Of a stretch of 64,000 bases of DNA, positions 43,133 to 55,000 are shown piece by piece. Each line of letters begins with the position of its first letter. Within the stretch, counting starts at the first letter, position 1. The notes under the pieces are model-generated. The model ran no database searches and was not told the origin of the DNA. It saw nothing but the letters and a program-made list of their open reading frames with translations. A program made the position numbers and the translations under genes. This stretch comes from a virus (taxonomy: Duplodnaviria > Caudoviricetes), in the IMG/VR virus record IMGVR_UViG_3300042154_002208. One strand, given 5' to 3'.

Positions 43133-43563
43133 AAACATTTAAACAAGTACGAGAAGAATTGCTTTATGAAAATAAAGATGCTTGCTATTATAAAGTCAAA
43201 AGCCGCTATAGCGTTTGGCCTTCAGCATATGCTAGCGGAGCGTTAGTTAAATGCCGCAAAGTTGGTGCGGCAAATTGGGGAAATTCTAGTAAAAATGAAG
43301 ATACAATCGCAGATACTACTGTACAAGTAGATGAAAATTTAAACAAATGGTTTAAAGACAAATGGGTTCGTTTTGGACCTGATGGTAAAATACGAGGAGA
43401 TTGTGCGAGAGAAGATGATACTGAAGGTAAACCAAAATGTTTACCGCAAAGTCAAGCGCATAGTTTGGGAAAAGAAGGGCGAGCCAAAGCCGCCGCAAGA
43501 AAACGCAGAGAAGATCCTAATGCAGAACGCAGAGGCCCTGCAATTAATGTAGCTACAAAGTAA
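43129..43563 (+). CDS. Putative head-packaged protein
   Basis: MKTFKQVREE N-terminus; WPSAYASGALVKCRK and PKCLP modules. Confidence 0.7.
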   Translation: MKTFKQVREELLYENKDACYYKVKSRYSVWPSAYASGALVKCRKVGAANWGNSSKNEDTIADTTVQVDENLNKWFKDKWVRFGPDGKIRGDCAREDDTEGKPKCLPQSQAHSLGKEGRAKAAARKRREDPNAERRGPAINVATK

Positions 43564-43569
43564 ATTAAA

Positions 43570-44259
43570 ATGAAAACATTTAAACAACTAATAGAAGAAA
43601 TTCAATCCATTGACGAAGGCAATCGTCCCGGGTTATGGGATAACATTCACGCAAAACGCAAACGAATCAAATCTGGATCCGGAGAACGTATGCGTGCACC
43701 TGGAAGTGATGGCGCGCCATCCAAACAAGACTTTAAAAATGCGTCAGAAACCGTGGCAGAAGCCAAAAAAGACAAAGCCAAGGGTGCCGACGGTAAAGCA
43801 TGCTGGGATGGATATCGTTACAGTGGTACAACAAACGGCAAAGATGATTGTGTTAAGGTTGAAGAAGCGGAAGAACTGTTTGACTTAATCGAAGATGTGA
43901 TCGAAGATATTGCAAAAGAAAACAATGTTGATTCAGATGTGATTTGGGAAGACCTTAAAGATATCTCAGATGAGGATCTATTTGAAGTCGCAGCTTGGCA
44001 ACGCAAAGAGGGAAAGAATCCTGAAGGCGGATTAAACGCTAAGGGTGTTGCTTCATATCGTAGAGAAAATCCCGGTTCAAAACTACAAATGGCTGTAACT
44101 ACTAAACCATCTAAATTAAAGCCCGGAAGTAAAGCAGCTAATAGAAGAAAATCTTTTTGTGCTCGTATGGGCGGAATGAAGAAGCGATTAACATCTGCAG
44201 AGACTGCTAGAGATCCTGATTCAAGAATTAACAAAGCACTAAGAAAGTGGAATTGTTAA
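43570..44259 (+). CDS. Putative head-packaged modular basic protein
   Basis: MKTFKQLIEE N-terminus; GLWDNIHAKRKR, CWDGY and RRKSFCARM...RINKALRKWNC modules. Confidence 0.75.
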   Translation: MKTFKQLIEEIQSIDEGNRPGLWDNIHAKRKRIKSGSGERMRAPGSDGAPSKQDFKNASETVAEAKKDKAKGADGKACWDGYRYSGTTNGKDDCVKVEEAEELFDLIEDVIEDIAKENNVDSDVIWEDLKDISDEDLFEVAAWQRKEGKNPEGGLNAKGVASYRRENPGSKLQMAVTTKPSKLKPGSKAANRRKSFCARMGGMKKRLTSAETARDPDSRINKALRKWNC

Positions 44260-44480
44260 TGCTTCTTATCACTGAGCCTCATAGCATATAATAACATCAT
44301 GTCAATAGTTTGTCTATAAATTTTGGTTAACTTTGGATAAAAAGGAGGCAAGATGAGCTGGTTCAAACACAAACCTAAAAAAAATCCCCCTAAACCAAAA
44401 CACCCCTATCCTATACCTCCGATAAACCAAACATCCTTATTTTATAAATAATAAGTATCAACTATATTCTAATGGACCAC

Positions 44481-46418
44481 ATGGACTTTAAACAATTCAT
44501 CACAGAAGCGCCTGAAAAAACAGCAGCTTTTGCCTTTGGGCGATTCAATCCGCCTACCGTTGGACACGAAAAACTCATTAATAAAGTCAAATCCGTTGCC
44601 GATGAGCACAATGCTACTGCACATATTGTAGCATCCCATTCTGAAGGTACATCAAAAGATCCTGTTCCTGCCAAGGCCAAGGTAGGATATCTAAAACACG
44701 TAGCACCTGAAGGCACTAAGGTATCAGGTGCTTCTAAAGACTCTCCAACTTTTTTACACGCTGCAGCAAAATTGCACGGCCAAGGCTATAAGCATTTGGT
44801 TATGGTGGCTGGTTCGGATCGTGTGGATGAGTATCACAAAACATTAAACAAGTATAACAATGTCGCCAGCAAGCACGGCCACTACAATTTTAAATCAATT
44901 AAAGTAGTTTCAGCTGGGCAAAGAGACCCTGATGCAGAAGGCGTAGAGGGAATGTCTGGAACTAAGATCCGTGCTCATGCCAGAGCAGGTGAAATGAAAC
45001 AATTTAAATCTGGTCTTCCTAAAGCATTACATCCTCATGCAGAGGAAATTGCCAACCATATCAAAGCGGTTAAAGAAGATTACGAAAATCCAAATAGATT
45101 TGATTGGGGAACACCTGCGGGCACAGATCATGCCATCGGTATGACTCCTGAAATGAAGATTGTTTGTCCTGTTGGTGAAGTATTCAGTAAGGATAAAGGA
45201 ATGTGCGTGCCAGTAAGAGAGTCTTACATAGCAGGCGAGATTTTTAAATTAAACGATTTAGTTGAATCAACTAACGGGACACGGGGCAAGATCGTATATA
45301 GAGGCTCATCATACGTTACCATACAACAAGAAAACGGCGATACATCTAAACATTGGCTAAAAGACATACAAGAAATATTTGGCGAAAAAGCAGGCACAGG
45401 ACTACACGTTGATCTACGCCCCAAATTATCTAAGACTTCAAAGTTACAAAACTTCAAGAAATTTTCTGACGGACCTCAGGAAAAAGAAAAAATCAAATAC
45501 AAAGGCGCATATAAGCCAGCATATGTTGAGGGAAAACAAATCCCTGCATTGTTCCTATCCAAAGAACAATTGTCTGAAATGAGCAACAGTAGAATGGAAG
45601 TTACATTCGATGGTTATACCTCATCATTTATTCATACGTGCCCTGGTGCATCGGCTCAATTAAAAGAATTAATTGCCAGAGTTGAACTTCCAAAGAAATA
45701 TGTTTTGCAGGCAATTATGGCAACAGATCAATATCTTGAAATTGAAAAAGAAGCAAAGGCAAAAGGCTTTGCGAATGATCAAATGATTCATGACTTTAAT
45801 ATGAAGTTTGCTATTGCACATGACACAATGAATATACTAGGTGTTGAAGATAAGGATTTACTGTATATGCAAACACATTTGAAAACCATGTCCGACCTTA
45901 ATATGCATAGAGATGGCACATATGCAAATGATCCAGGCTCAACAGTAACAGTTGTGGGCGCCGGCAGTGTAGAAGAAGATGTTGCGTCTGCAGATTTTGA
46001 ATATATTCCAAGCAAAGACCCAATAACCGGTAAAGTAACATACGTTAAGCATCGTGCTAGAATGATAGATACTTCTACCAAAGAACGACCAAAGACTTTA
46101 TCTTCAATTAGACAGAGTCAAAAAGATAAAGATGAGGAAAACAAAATGAAACTCAAAGAAGCAAGTGAGAGAGATGTCAACTTTACAGACAATAAAGATG
46201 TATTTCATGGCATAGATAAGCCCATTGCTGGTCAAGGTCACCCTGACAAACCAGTTGGTATGGTATCATTCAAATCGTTTATTCAAGATCCACAACATCA
46301 AGCATTTACAAAATATCATGATGCTGATAGACAAGAAGTTCATGCAGCACAGGCAAAGATTGCAGGGCAAAAGTCATCCGCATATAAAATGATGAAGAAA
46401 GCTAGCCAGGCAGAATAA
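44481..46418 (+). CDS. Cytidylyltransferase-like (HxGH) multidomain protein
   Basis: FGRFNPPTVGHEKL, VAGSDRV and SAGQRDPDAEGVEGMSGTKIR motifs; TATAAATA at 44443; MDFKQFITE start. Confidence 0.8.
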   Translation: MDFKQFITEAPEKTAAFAFGRFNPPTVGHEKLINKVKSVADEHNATAHIVASHSEGTSKDPVPAKAKVGYLKHVAPEGTKVSGASKDSPTFLHAAAKLHGQGYKHLVMVAGSDRVDEYHKTLNKYNNVASKHGHYNFKSIKVVSAGQRDPDAEGVEGMSGTKIRAHARAGEMKQFKSGLPKALHPHAEEIANHIKAVKEDYENPNRFDWGTPAGTDHAIGMTPEMKIVCPVGEVFSKDKGMCVPVRESYIAGEIFKLNDLVESTNGTRGKIVYRGSSYVTIQQENGDTSKHWLKDIQEIFGEKAGTGLHVDLRPKLSKTSKLQNFKKFSDGPQEKEKIKYKGAYKPAYVEGKQIPALFLSKEQLSEMSNSRMEVTFDGYTSSFIHTCPGASAQLKELIARVELPKKYVLQAIMATDQYLEIEKEAKAKGFANDQMIHDFNMKFAIAHDTMNILGVEDKDLLYMQTHLKTMSDLNMHRDGTYANDPGSTVTVVGAGSVEEDVASADFEYIPSKDPITGKVTYVKHRARMIDTSTKERPKTLSSIRQSQKDKDEENKMKLKEASERDVNFTDNKDVFHGIDKPIAGQGHPDKPVGMVSFKSFIQDPQHQAFTKYHDADRQEVHAAQAKIAGQKSSAYKMMKKASQAE

Positions 46419-46419
46419 T

Positions 46420-46854
46420 ATGGAATTGTTGCAATTATCTTTACAGAAGACATTGGCAGATGCGTTTACAATGTACTTCAAGGCTCATACATTTCATTGG
46501 AATGTAGAGGGTCCTGATTTTAAACAGTATCACGATTTGTTTGGTGGTATCTATGAAGAAGTATATGGATCTATAGATTTGCTTGCTGAGCATATTCGAC
46601 AAATTGACGCATATACACCTACATCATTAAAACAACTCTCAGGGCTTACAGTTGTAACTGAAGATGAAACTGTAATGCCAGCGTTACAAATGATTAAAAG
46701 TTTAATGGATGCAAACAGCATGGTACTTGCTTCATTAATGCTTTCTTATAGAGATGCGGACAATGCATCCGAATTAGGTTTGGCAAATTTCTTGCAAGAT
46801 AGAATTGCCGCTCATCAGAAACATGCTTGGATGCTAAAAGCAACACTAAAATGA
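46420..46854 (+). CDS. dps: Dps/ferritin-like protein
   Basis: KAHTFHWNVEGPDFKQYHDLF, DLLAEHIRQI and HQKHAWML motifs. Confidence 0.92.
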   Translation: MELLQLSLQKTLADAFTMYFKAHTFHWNVEGPDFKQYHDLFGGIYEEVYGSIDLLAEHIRQIDAYTPTSLKQLSGLTVVTEDETVMPALQMIKSLMDANSMVLASLMLSYRDADNASELGLANFLQDRIAAHQKHAWMLKATLK

Positions 46855-47303
46855 TTACTTTTCAAGAATTTTTAAGTACCGATATAACGGAAGAAGAATT
46901 AGATTCTATTGTGGAAGAACTACAATGGGAAGACATTGAGCATTTATATGCAGACGACGAATTTGAAAATGAATTAGATGAAGCTCTTTCTGCAACAGCT
47001 AGAATGCAAAAATCGCAAAAATTTAAATCTAGAAAAACAGCAGTTGGACAAGCTCGCAGATTAAAATTAAGACGAGCATCATCTACAGATGTTATTAATC
47101 GTAGATCAAAAGTTGCTGCTAGACAAATGGTAATTAGAAAACTTTTAAAAGGCAGAGATAAAAAACAATTATCCGCTGCTGAAAAAGATAGAATTGAGAA
47201 ACAAGCATCTAATATTCTAGCAGGACAAAAAGGACTCGTTGTAAGAATGATTCCTAAAGTTAGAAGTTTAGAGCGATCAAGATTAGCTGGCAAAAAGAAA
47301 TGA
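46851..47303 (+). CDS. Putative head-packaged protein (acidic N-half, basic C-half)
   Basis: MITFQEFLST start; LDEA cleavage-like site before the basic domain. Confidence 0.7.
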   Translation: MITFQEFLSTDITEEELDSIVEELQWEDIEHLYADDEFENELDEALSATARMQKSQKFKSRKTAVGQARRLKLRRASSTDVINRRSKVAARQMVIRKLLKGRDKKQLSAAEKDRIEKQASNILAGQKGLVVRMIPKVRSLERSRLAGKKK

Positions 47304-47350
47304 TTTCGGTTAGCCATAAATAATAAATAGAATTCATTAAAGGACCTAGA

Positions 47351-48409
47351 ATGACAAGAATTACAAATGAATTGTTTGAATCAATCAGACAAATTACAAA
47401 TCCAACTCCAGTTCAAGAAGTAAAAATGGATGCGGTTGGAAAAGAAGACGCGGACATTAACAACGATAAAATTGCCGCAACTGTCAAAGAAGGCAGAGTA
47501 GATGCTGCTCACTTCTGCGCAACACACGTTGAACACGATCTATATGGTGAAGGCGAGTGCATTTCAGAAGCACATGCTGATCCAGATGAGAATGGAAATA
47601 TTGCTTGGTATACAGTACAATTTGCTGACGGTGTTCGCAAAGTACAAACCGAAGCAGTTAAAGTTAAAAAAGGCAAGATGCATGAGCATGCTGAAGCAGA
47701 TGCAGAATCAATTGAAGAAAAGAAACTACATCCTAATCAACAAGTATTAGATGTGCATGAGCCAGAGAAAGATAAATTAACTGCTAAAGATTTTGAAATG
47801 CTACGTAAGGGCAAAAAACAAAAGGCAGTCAAAGAAGGAACTATGGGCAATGCTGGAACTGTTACCATGAAACAAGTTAACAAAAGCAGCGCATCGCCTA
47901 CAGTTAAGAAAGCAATTAAAAAAGCTGCACCTGATATTAAATCTTATGCTGACAGAGCAGCTGCTCTAACAGCTGCAGGTATTAAGAGAGAATCAGTTGA
48001 AGAAGGCATATCAGAAACTATTGTTAAGCATAATGACTTTACAATCGAAATTACTGATAATCCTACATATGGTGACTTCTTAAGAGCAGTTCAATCTATT
48101 GTTAGAACAGATGAAGAATCAATGCAACAAGAAATTGTTGCTATTGCTGAAGAAGCATATGCAGAAAATTATGAAGATGTGATTATTGAATCATTCACTA
48201 GAATGGAAATTGAAGATAAGTTAGCTGCTCACCGCAAGGCGGGCAACACAGTATCAAACGATAAGTTTAGTACTAAAAACGGAGAACCTTATGCTGAGTA
48301 TGTTGTGACTGATAAAGAAGGTGGACGTAAGAAATATATTCACCATGGATCGGTTCGTCGCATGGAATCAATGCCAGGTAAAACAGCTAAATCTTCCAAA
48401 GAAGAATAA
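47351..48409 (+). CDS. Late acidic protein, prohead-core-like
   Basis: CATAAATA at 47315; many (I/V/L)xE sites; DAVGKEDADINND and KLHPNQ..LD modules. Confidence 0.6.
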   Translation: MTRITNELFESIRQITNPTPVQEVKMDAVGKEDADINNDKIAATVKEGRVDAAHFCATHVEHDLYGEGECISEAHADPDENGNIAWYTVQFADGVRKVQTEAVKVKKGKMHEHAEADAESIEEKKLHPNQQVLDVHEPEKDKLTAKDFEMLRKGKKQKAVKEGTMGNAGTVTMKQVNKSSASPTVKKAIKKAAPDIKSYADRAAALTAAGIKRESVEEGISETIVKHNDFTIEITDNPTYGDFLRAVQSIVRTDEESMQQEIVAIAEEAYAENYEDVIIESFTRMEIEDKLAAHRKAGNTVSNDKFSTKNGEPYAEYVVTDKEGGRKKYIHHGSVRRMESMPGKTAKSSKEE

Positions 48410-48451
48410 GCACCATAGTGTTTCAATAAATATAAAAACAGGGAGACAAAA

Positions 48452-48997
48452 ATGTCAGCATGGGGAAAATTAGATAGAAGAGAAGTTGGCGCAACAGCAC
48501 GCGCTAATTTAGGTAGCACAACAGTTGTTACAAGCACTGCTGCAGTTACTGCTGCGAATGGCTTTCAAGCCGGGTATTCATTGGTAATTGCAAACGTGGA
48601 CTATAGAATTGAAACTATTAGTACATCCAATACAATTATTCTTGATACCGCATATCGTGGCGCAAATGTAGCAGCTGCCAATATTGCTATTCAAGAAGAT
48701 CCAAAATGGATTACAACAAATGGGCGTGGCACTACAATGGCTTCTGGTCGTGGTCCTAACACAACCAATAAGGCCAACGTATACGGTGTTGACCGTACTG
48801 AAGTTGGTGTTGCTGGTAATAAAGCAAACGGGTTTAGCCAACCAGGTTGGGTTTCATATAAAACATATACTACCACTCAGGGCGCAACAAGAAACAAAGT
48901 TGAAGTATTAGTAGCAAGTTCAAAGAACTTTAATGCTAATGCCACAGGTGTATTGCAAGGTGATGCTAACGATAACACTATATTGCCAAATAGCTAA
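48452..48997 (+). CDS. Putative virion structural protein
   Basis: MSAWGKLD, VYGVD, PGWVSY and RNKVEVLVA motifs; heads the fibre cluster. Confidence 0.65.
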   Translation: MSAWGKLDRREVGATARANLGSTTVVTSTAAVTAANGFQAGYSLVIANVDYRIETISTSNTIILDTAYRGANVAAANIAIQEDPKWITTNGRGTTMASGRGPNTTNKANVYGVDRTEVGVAGNKANGFSQPGWVSYKTYTTTQGATRNKVEVLVASSKNFNANATGVLQGDANDNTILPNS

Positions 48998-49040
48998 AAT
49001 CTAAATATATTATTTTAAGTTTTAACTAACAGGGACAGTA

Positions 49041-52000
49041 ATGGCAGATGTAAAAATATCGGATCTGGTATCGGCCAATGTAGTTAATAAGAACGACCTA
49101 TTCTTATTAGTACAAGATGATTCTAGCAAGAATGTTTCAGCAGGAACACTCTTTTCTTCAATCACAGATCCTACATTATCAGGTAATATCTTTTTTGGCG
49201 GACCTGTCCAATCCTTAACAGGGATTGGCACCGTCAGTATTACCACAACTAGAACCGATTTATTCGGCGGGGTATCTGCCGCTACTGCAGCCATTGCTAA
49301 TGGCTCGGTATTGCCTTCCACTATCTACTTGTATACTGAAGGTAAATCTGCCTCCGGTAGAGGTTTACAATTTGCAAATGGTACGCCATTCTTCAAGACC
49401 ATTTATGTCCAGCATGTAAATGGCAAGATCAATTTGTCACTTGGTGCAAATGCAACAGGGACATTAAATCATGCTCCAGAAAGTTGGGTTGGTACAACCG
49501 GCCTAAGACCGTTTAATGATGGATTGTATTTTGTCAAGGGCTCAGCATATACGTTTGACGTTAGCCACCCCACAAATGCTGGTAATATAATTGGATTTTC
49601 AACATCTATTGATGGAACAAATACACTTGGTCTAGAATATACTCCAGGTGTTGTTAGAACTGGAAATCCTGGTAATGCAGGTGCAACGGTTGAATTTACT
49701 CCAGCTAATGTCAGTATTGACCAAGGCGGTAGAAATTATTTAGATATACCCAAAGGTGTAGATGGTCAATTAAAAGTTATTAACTTAGTATCTACGGGTG
49801 GCGGACAGTTCGTAATATCTAGTAACATTCAAAATAACTTGGCAATTGAATTGAGAAAAGCAGGCGACTCTGCATTCTTAATGTATTCAGGTAATGCTTG
49901 GATTTTAGTTGGTTCTAATCCAGGATTACAGACTTCATTCTCTGGCACTTCTGACGATATTCCAGAAGGCGAAAAATTATATTTCACAAATGCTAGAGCA
50001 AGATCTGCCATTAGCGTTCCTGACAATACTTTAATTTACAATGCAACTACCGGTTCTATTAGAGCAAACGTATTAGCATTAAGTAATATTAACCTTGGCA
50101 ACATTATTCCCAATTCGGATAGTATTCCTGAAGGTGCAGTTAACTTATATTATTCAAATGCAAGAGTTCACGCTAATTTAAAATTGGCAAGTATTGATGC
50201 TCTTGTTGACGTTGATACAGTAACGATTGCCCCTCAAACCGGTTATGCATTAGTTTGGAATGGAGTAAAGTGGATACCTAATGTAATTTCTGCAACCTCT
50301 TTTTCCGGCACCCTTAATTTTGCTAATACATCGCAGACCGCAAATGTTGCCAATACAGTATTATCTTTAAGCAATTTTACCACTGCTAATTTAATAGAAA
50401 GCTCTTCTAATCTATACTACTCCAATGATAGAGTATTTGCCAATTTATCTTTGGCTAATATTAGCGTATTTGCGGATGTTGATACTGTAACAGTTGCCCC
50501 GTCATACGGTGACGCATTAGCTTGGAATGGTAATACTTGGGTTCCTAGTGTAATTAATGCCTTAACCGCATTATCATCGGTTGTATCAAATACTGCATTA
50601 ACTGCCAATACAGTATTATCTTTAAGCAATTTTACCACTGCTAATTTAACAGAAGGTTCTCGACTATATTATACCAATGCCAGAGCATATGCTAATTTAA
50701 CAGCTGCAAGCATTAATGCATTTGCGGATGTTAACGCGATTAACCCCGGAGTGGGACAAGTTCTTTACTGGAATGGTTCATCTTGGGAAGCAAATAGTGT
50801 AAATATTCCGGCAACCGAGTATGCTAATATTGCAAATACGGTTATTAGTGTTGTACAAAGTTCAATTAGTGCCAATGTTGCAAATACTGTTTTATCTTTA
50901 AGCAATTTTACTACTGCTAATTTAACAGAAGGTTCAAGTTTATACTATACGAATGCAAGAGTATATGCCAATTTAAGTTTAGCAAACCTTAACGTATTTG
51001 CAGATGTTAACGCAAATAATCCTGGAGTGGGACAAGTTCTTTACTGGAATGGTTCATTTTGGGAAGCAAACAGTGTCAATATTCCTGCAACAGAATATGC
51101 CAATATTGCAAACACCGTTATTAGTATTGTACAGAGTTCAATTAGTGCCAATGTTGCAAATACTGTTTTAACATTAAGTAATTTTACCACCGCTAATTTA
51201 ACAGAAGGCAATAATTTATATTATACGAACGCAAGAGTATATTCTGCTATTACCGGAAATTTAGCATTAAAAGCAAATGTTGTAGATTTAACAACATCAA
51301 ATGTTATAGAAACTGCAGGTAATTTATACTATACCAATGCCAGAGTTAATGCACAAGTAGAATCTAATTTAGCGTTAAAGGCTAATGTAGTAGATTTAAC
51401 CACTGCCAATGTTATAGAAAGTTTTGCTACTTTAACCAATAGAACATATGGTGTAACTAACTCTGGCGCTAGTGCCTATGCGTTTACCGGGTACAGTTCT
51501 GGAAATAATATAGCTATTACAGCTGAAGCTGGAACTGTTTTAACATTTACTGTTAATGCATCTGGTCACCCGTTTTGGATAAAGACTGCTGCAGTAACTG
51601 GCACAGGATCCGCAGTAACTACCGGTGTAACCAATAACGGTGCTGCAATCGGTACGGTAGTTTGGGATACTGCAGGTATTGCTCCTGGAACATATTATTA
51701 CATATGTCAAATCCATGGTTCAATGGTAGGTACAATAACTGTAGTTGAGAGACCTCAATATCTTTACTATACCAATGCCAGAGTATTTTCTAATTTAACA
51801 CTTGCTAGTATTAATGTCCTAGCGGATGTTGATACATTAACAACTCCCCCATCTTCAGGCCAGGCATTGGGTTGGAATGGGACAGCTTGGATTCCAACTA
51901 CTGTTTCAGCATCGAATGCTAATACGGCGACTGTGGCCAATACGGTATTATCAATTAGTAATTTTACAACAAGTAATCTTGCTGAAGGATCAAACTTATA

Positions 52001-55000
52001 TTATACCAATGCAAGAGTTTACGCCAATGTTATTGGTTTATTAAACGCAAAGGCAAATGTTGTAGATTTAACAACTGCGAATGTTGTAGAATTAAACAAT
52101 CTATACTATACAAATGCCAGAGTAAATGCTCAAGTTGAATCCAATTTGGCTTTAAAGGCAAACGTAGTTGACTTAACAACTTCCAATGTTCTAGAATTAA
52201 ACAATCTATACTATACCAATGCCAGAGTTAACGCACAAGTAGAATCTAATTTAAGACTAAAAGCAAATGTAATAGATTTAACAACTGCTAATGTTGTAGA
52301 ATTAAACAATTTATACTACACGAATGCAAGAGTTAATGCACAGGTTGAACCAAATTTAAGACTAAAAGCAAATGTAGTTGATTTAACAACTGCTAATGTC
52401 GAAGAGTTAAACAATCTATACTATACCAATGCAAGAGTTAATGCACAGGTTGAACCAAATTTAAGACTAAAAGCAAATGTAGTTGATTTAACAACTGCTA
52501 ATGTAATTGAATCTGCTTCAAATCTATATTATACTAATGATCGAGTTTATGCAAACGTTACTGACAGATTTGCATCTATTAATACAAATCTTGTTCCTGA
52601 TACAGATGAAGCGCATGATTTAGGCGCGCCAGATAAAAAATGGAAAGATCTATATTTATCTGGATTCTCAATAACACTTGGCGCTACAAAGATTACATCT
52701 GGTTCAGGTGGCGCACTATCAGTTCAAGCTCTTGCATCAAACTCAAATGTTACTACAAAATCGATTACGTCGAATATATGGAATAACCTCTATACCGCTA
52801 ATGTACTTGAGACTAATAGCAACCTATATTATACCAATGCCCGTGTAAGATCAACATTATCAAATGGTACAGGTGTTTATTACGATAATACAACCGGCGT
52901 TATAAGCATCGGCCAAAATGTAGATACAACATCTAACGTAACATTCAATAATATGACCTTGACCGGCAACTTAAATGTTGTTGGAAATGTAGTTGGATTC
53001 TATGCAAATACATTAATTATAACTGATCCATTAATTCAATTGGGTTACGGCAACCCCTCGGATTCTATTGATCTGGGATCAATTGGACATTATAACGATG
53101 GTACCCAAAAACTTGCGGGTATATTCAGAGATGCAACTGATAAGAAATTTAAGTTCTTTGATAACCTTTCAGGTGAACCTGGCGCAGCTACTGTTAATAC
53201 AACAGACGCTACATTCCGTTTAGCAAATGTTGTAGCTACAACGTATGAAGGTAACCTAATTGGTAATGTAACTGGATTTGTATCTACAATTAGTAATTTT
53301 AGTACTACTAATTTAGTAGAAGGAACGCAGTTATATTATACAAATGCAAGAGTTGACTCGCATGTTGATCCAAAGTTAACTACTGCTAATGTTGTTGAAC
53401 TAAACAATCTATACTATACCAATACAAGAGTTGAATCTTATGTTAACCCTAAGTTAACTACTGCTAATGTAGTAGAACTAAACAATTTATATTACACTAA
53501 TTCCAGAGTTAATGCTCAAGTTGAATCCAATTTAAGATTAAAAGCTAATGTAATAGATTTAACAACTGCCAATGTTGCAGAATTAAATAACTTATATTAT
53601 ACTAATGCGCGTGTTATATCTAATGTAGCGCAGATGAGTATTAATGTTTTTGCAGATGTTGATATTTCTGGCATTGGTAATAACGGCATATTAATTTGGA
53701 ATGGAACATCTTTTGTTGCTGGTTCACCATCAATTGCAACGGAAGCAAACTTTGCGAATGTTGCTGGTACAGCCAATGTAGCATTAGTTGCTAATTTTGC
53801 AAATGTTGCAGGAATCGCTAATGTATCATTAGTTACTAATTTTGCAAACACGGCAGGTACAGCCAATATAGCAACCGAAGCAAATTTTGCAAACACCGCA
53901 GGAACTGCTAATGTAGCAAATACTGTTTTAACAATAAGTAATTTTACAACTGCTAATTTAGCAGAAGGCAATAATTTATATTATACCAATGCTCGCGTAC
54001 TATCTAATGTAGCGCAAATGAGTATTAATGTATTTGCGGATGTAGATATAACAGGTATCGGCAACAACGGCATATTAATTTGGAATGGAACATCTTTTGT
54101 TGCAGGTTCCCCATCAATTGCAACCGAAGCTAATTTTGCAAATGTTGCCGGAACTGCCAATGTTGCTAATTTTGCAAATGTTGCCGGAACTGCCAATGTT
54201 GCTAATTTTGCAAATGTTGCCGGAACTGCCAATGTAGCAAATACTGTGTTATCAATTAGTAACTTCACTACAAGCAATTTAGCAGAAGGTACTAATCTAT
54301 ATTACACAAATGTAAGAGTTAATGCACAAGTTGAATCCAATTTAAGATTAAAAGCTAATGTTACAGATTTAACAACTGCTAATGTTATAGAGAGTCTTTC
54401 TACTGTAACAGACAGAACATATGGTGTGACTGCTTCGGGTTCCAGCGCCTATGTGTTTACAGGGTACAGTTCTGGAAATAATATAGCTATTACTGTTCAA
54501 GTAGGCACTGTTTTAGTATTTAATGTTAATGCGTCTGGGCATCCGTTTTGGATAAAGACTGCCCCAGTAACTGGCACAGGATCTGCAGTAACTACCGGTG
54601 TTAGCAATAACGGTGCCGCAATTGATACTGTAGTCTGGGACACTTCTAGTATTGCTCCTGGAACATATTATTACATATGTCAAATCCATGGTTCAATGGT
54701 AGGTACAATAACTGTAGTTGAACGACCTCATTATCTTTACTATACCAATGCAAGAGTTAATGCACAAGTTGAATCCAATTTAAGATTAAAAGCTAATGTT
54801 ACAGATTTAACAACTGCTAATATTATTGAATTAAATAATCTTTATTATACCAATGCTCGTGTACTATCCAATGTAACGCAAATGAGCATTAATGTGTTTG
54901 CAGACGTTGATATTTCAAATATACAACCAAATGACACATTGGTATGGGATGGAACTAAATTCATCAAATCTACTGCTGGGCAATCCAACGCAATAGTTGC

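Noticed and set aside
44260-44451. Short ORFs before the cytidylyltransferase-like gene (for example MSWFKHKPKKNPPKP, 44353-44451)
   Set aside because: One has an SD but runs into the late promoter and may be a gene remnant; the evidence is too thin to call a function.
52071-54236. CRISPR array
   Set aside because: The repeats are in-frame multiples of three inside a long ORF, have no unique spacers, and no cas genes are present.
51420-54740. Diversity-generating retroelement TR/VR pair
   Set aside because: Both copies are coding, the differences are not evidently adenine-specific, and there is no reverse transcriptase in the window.
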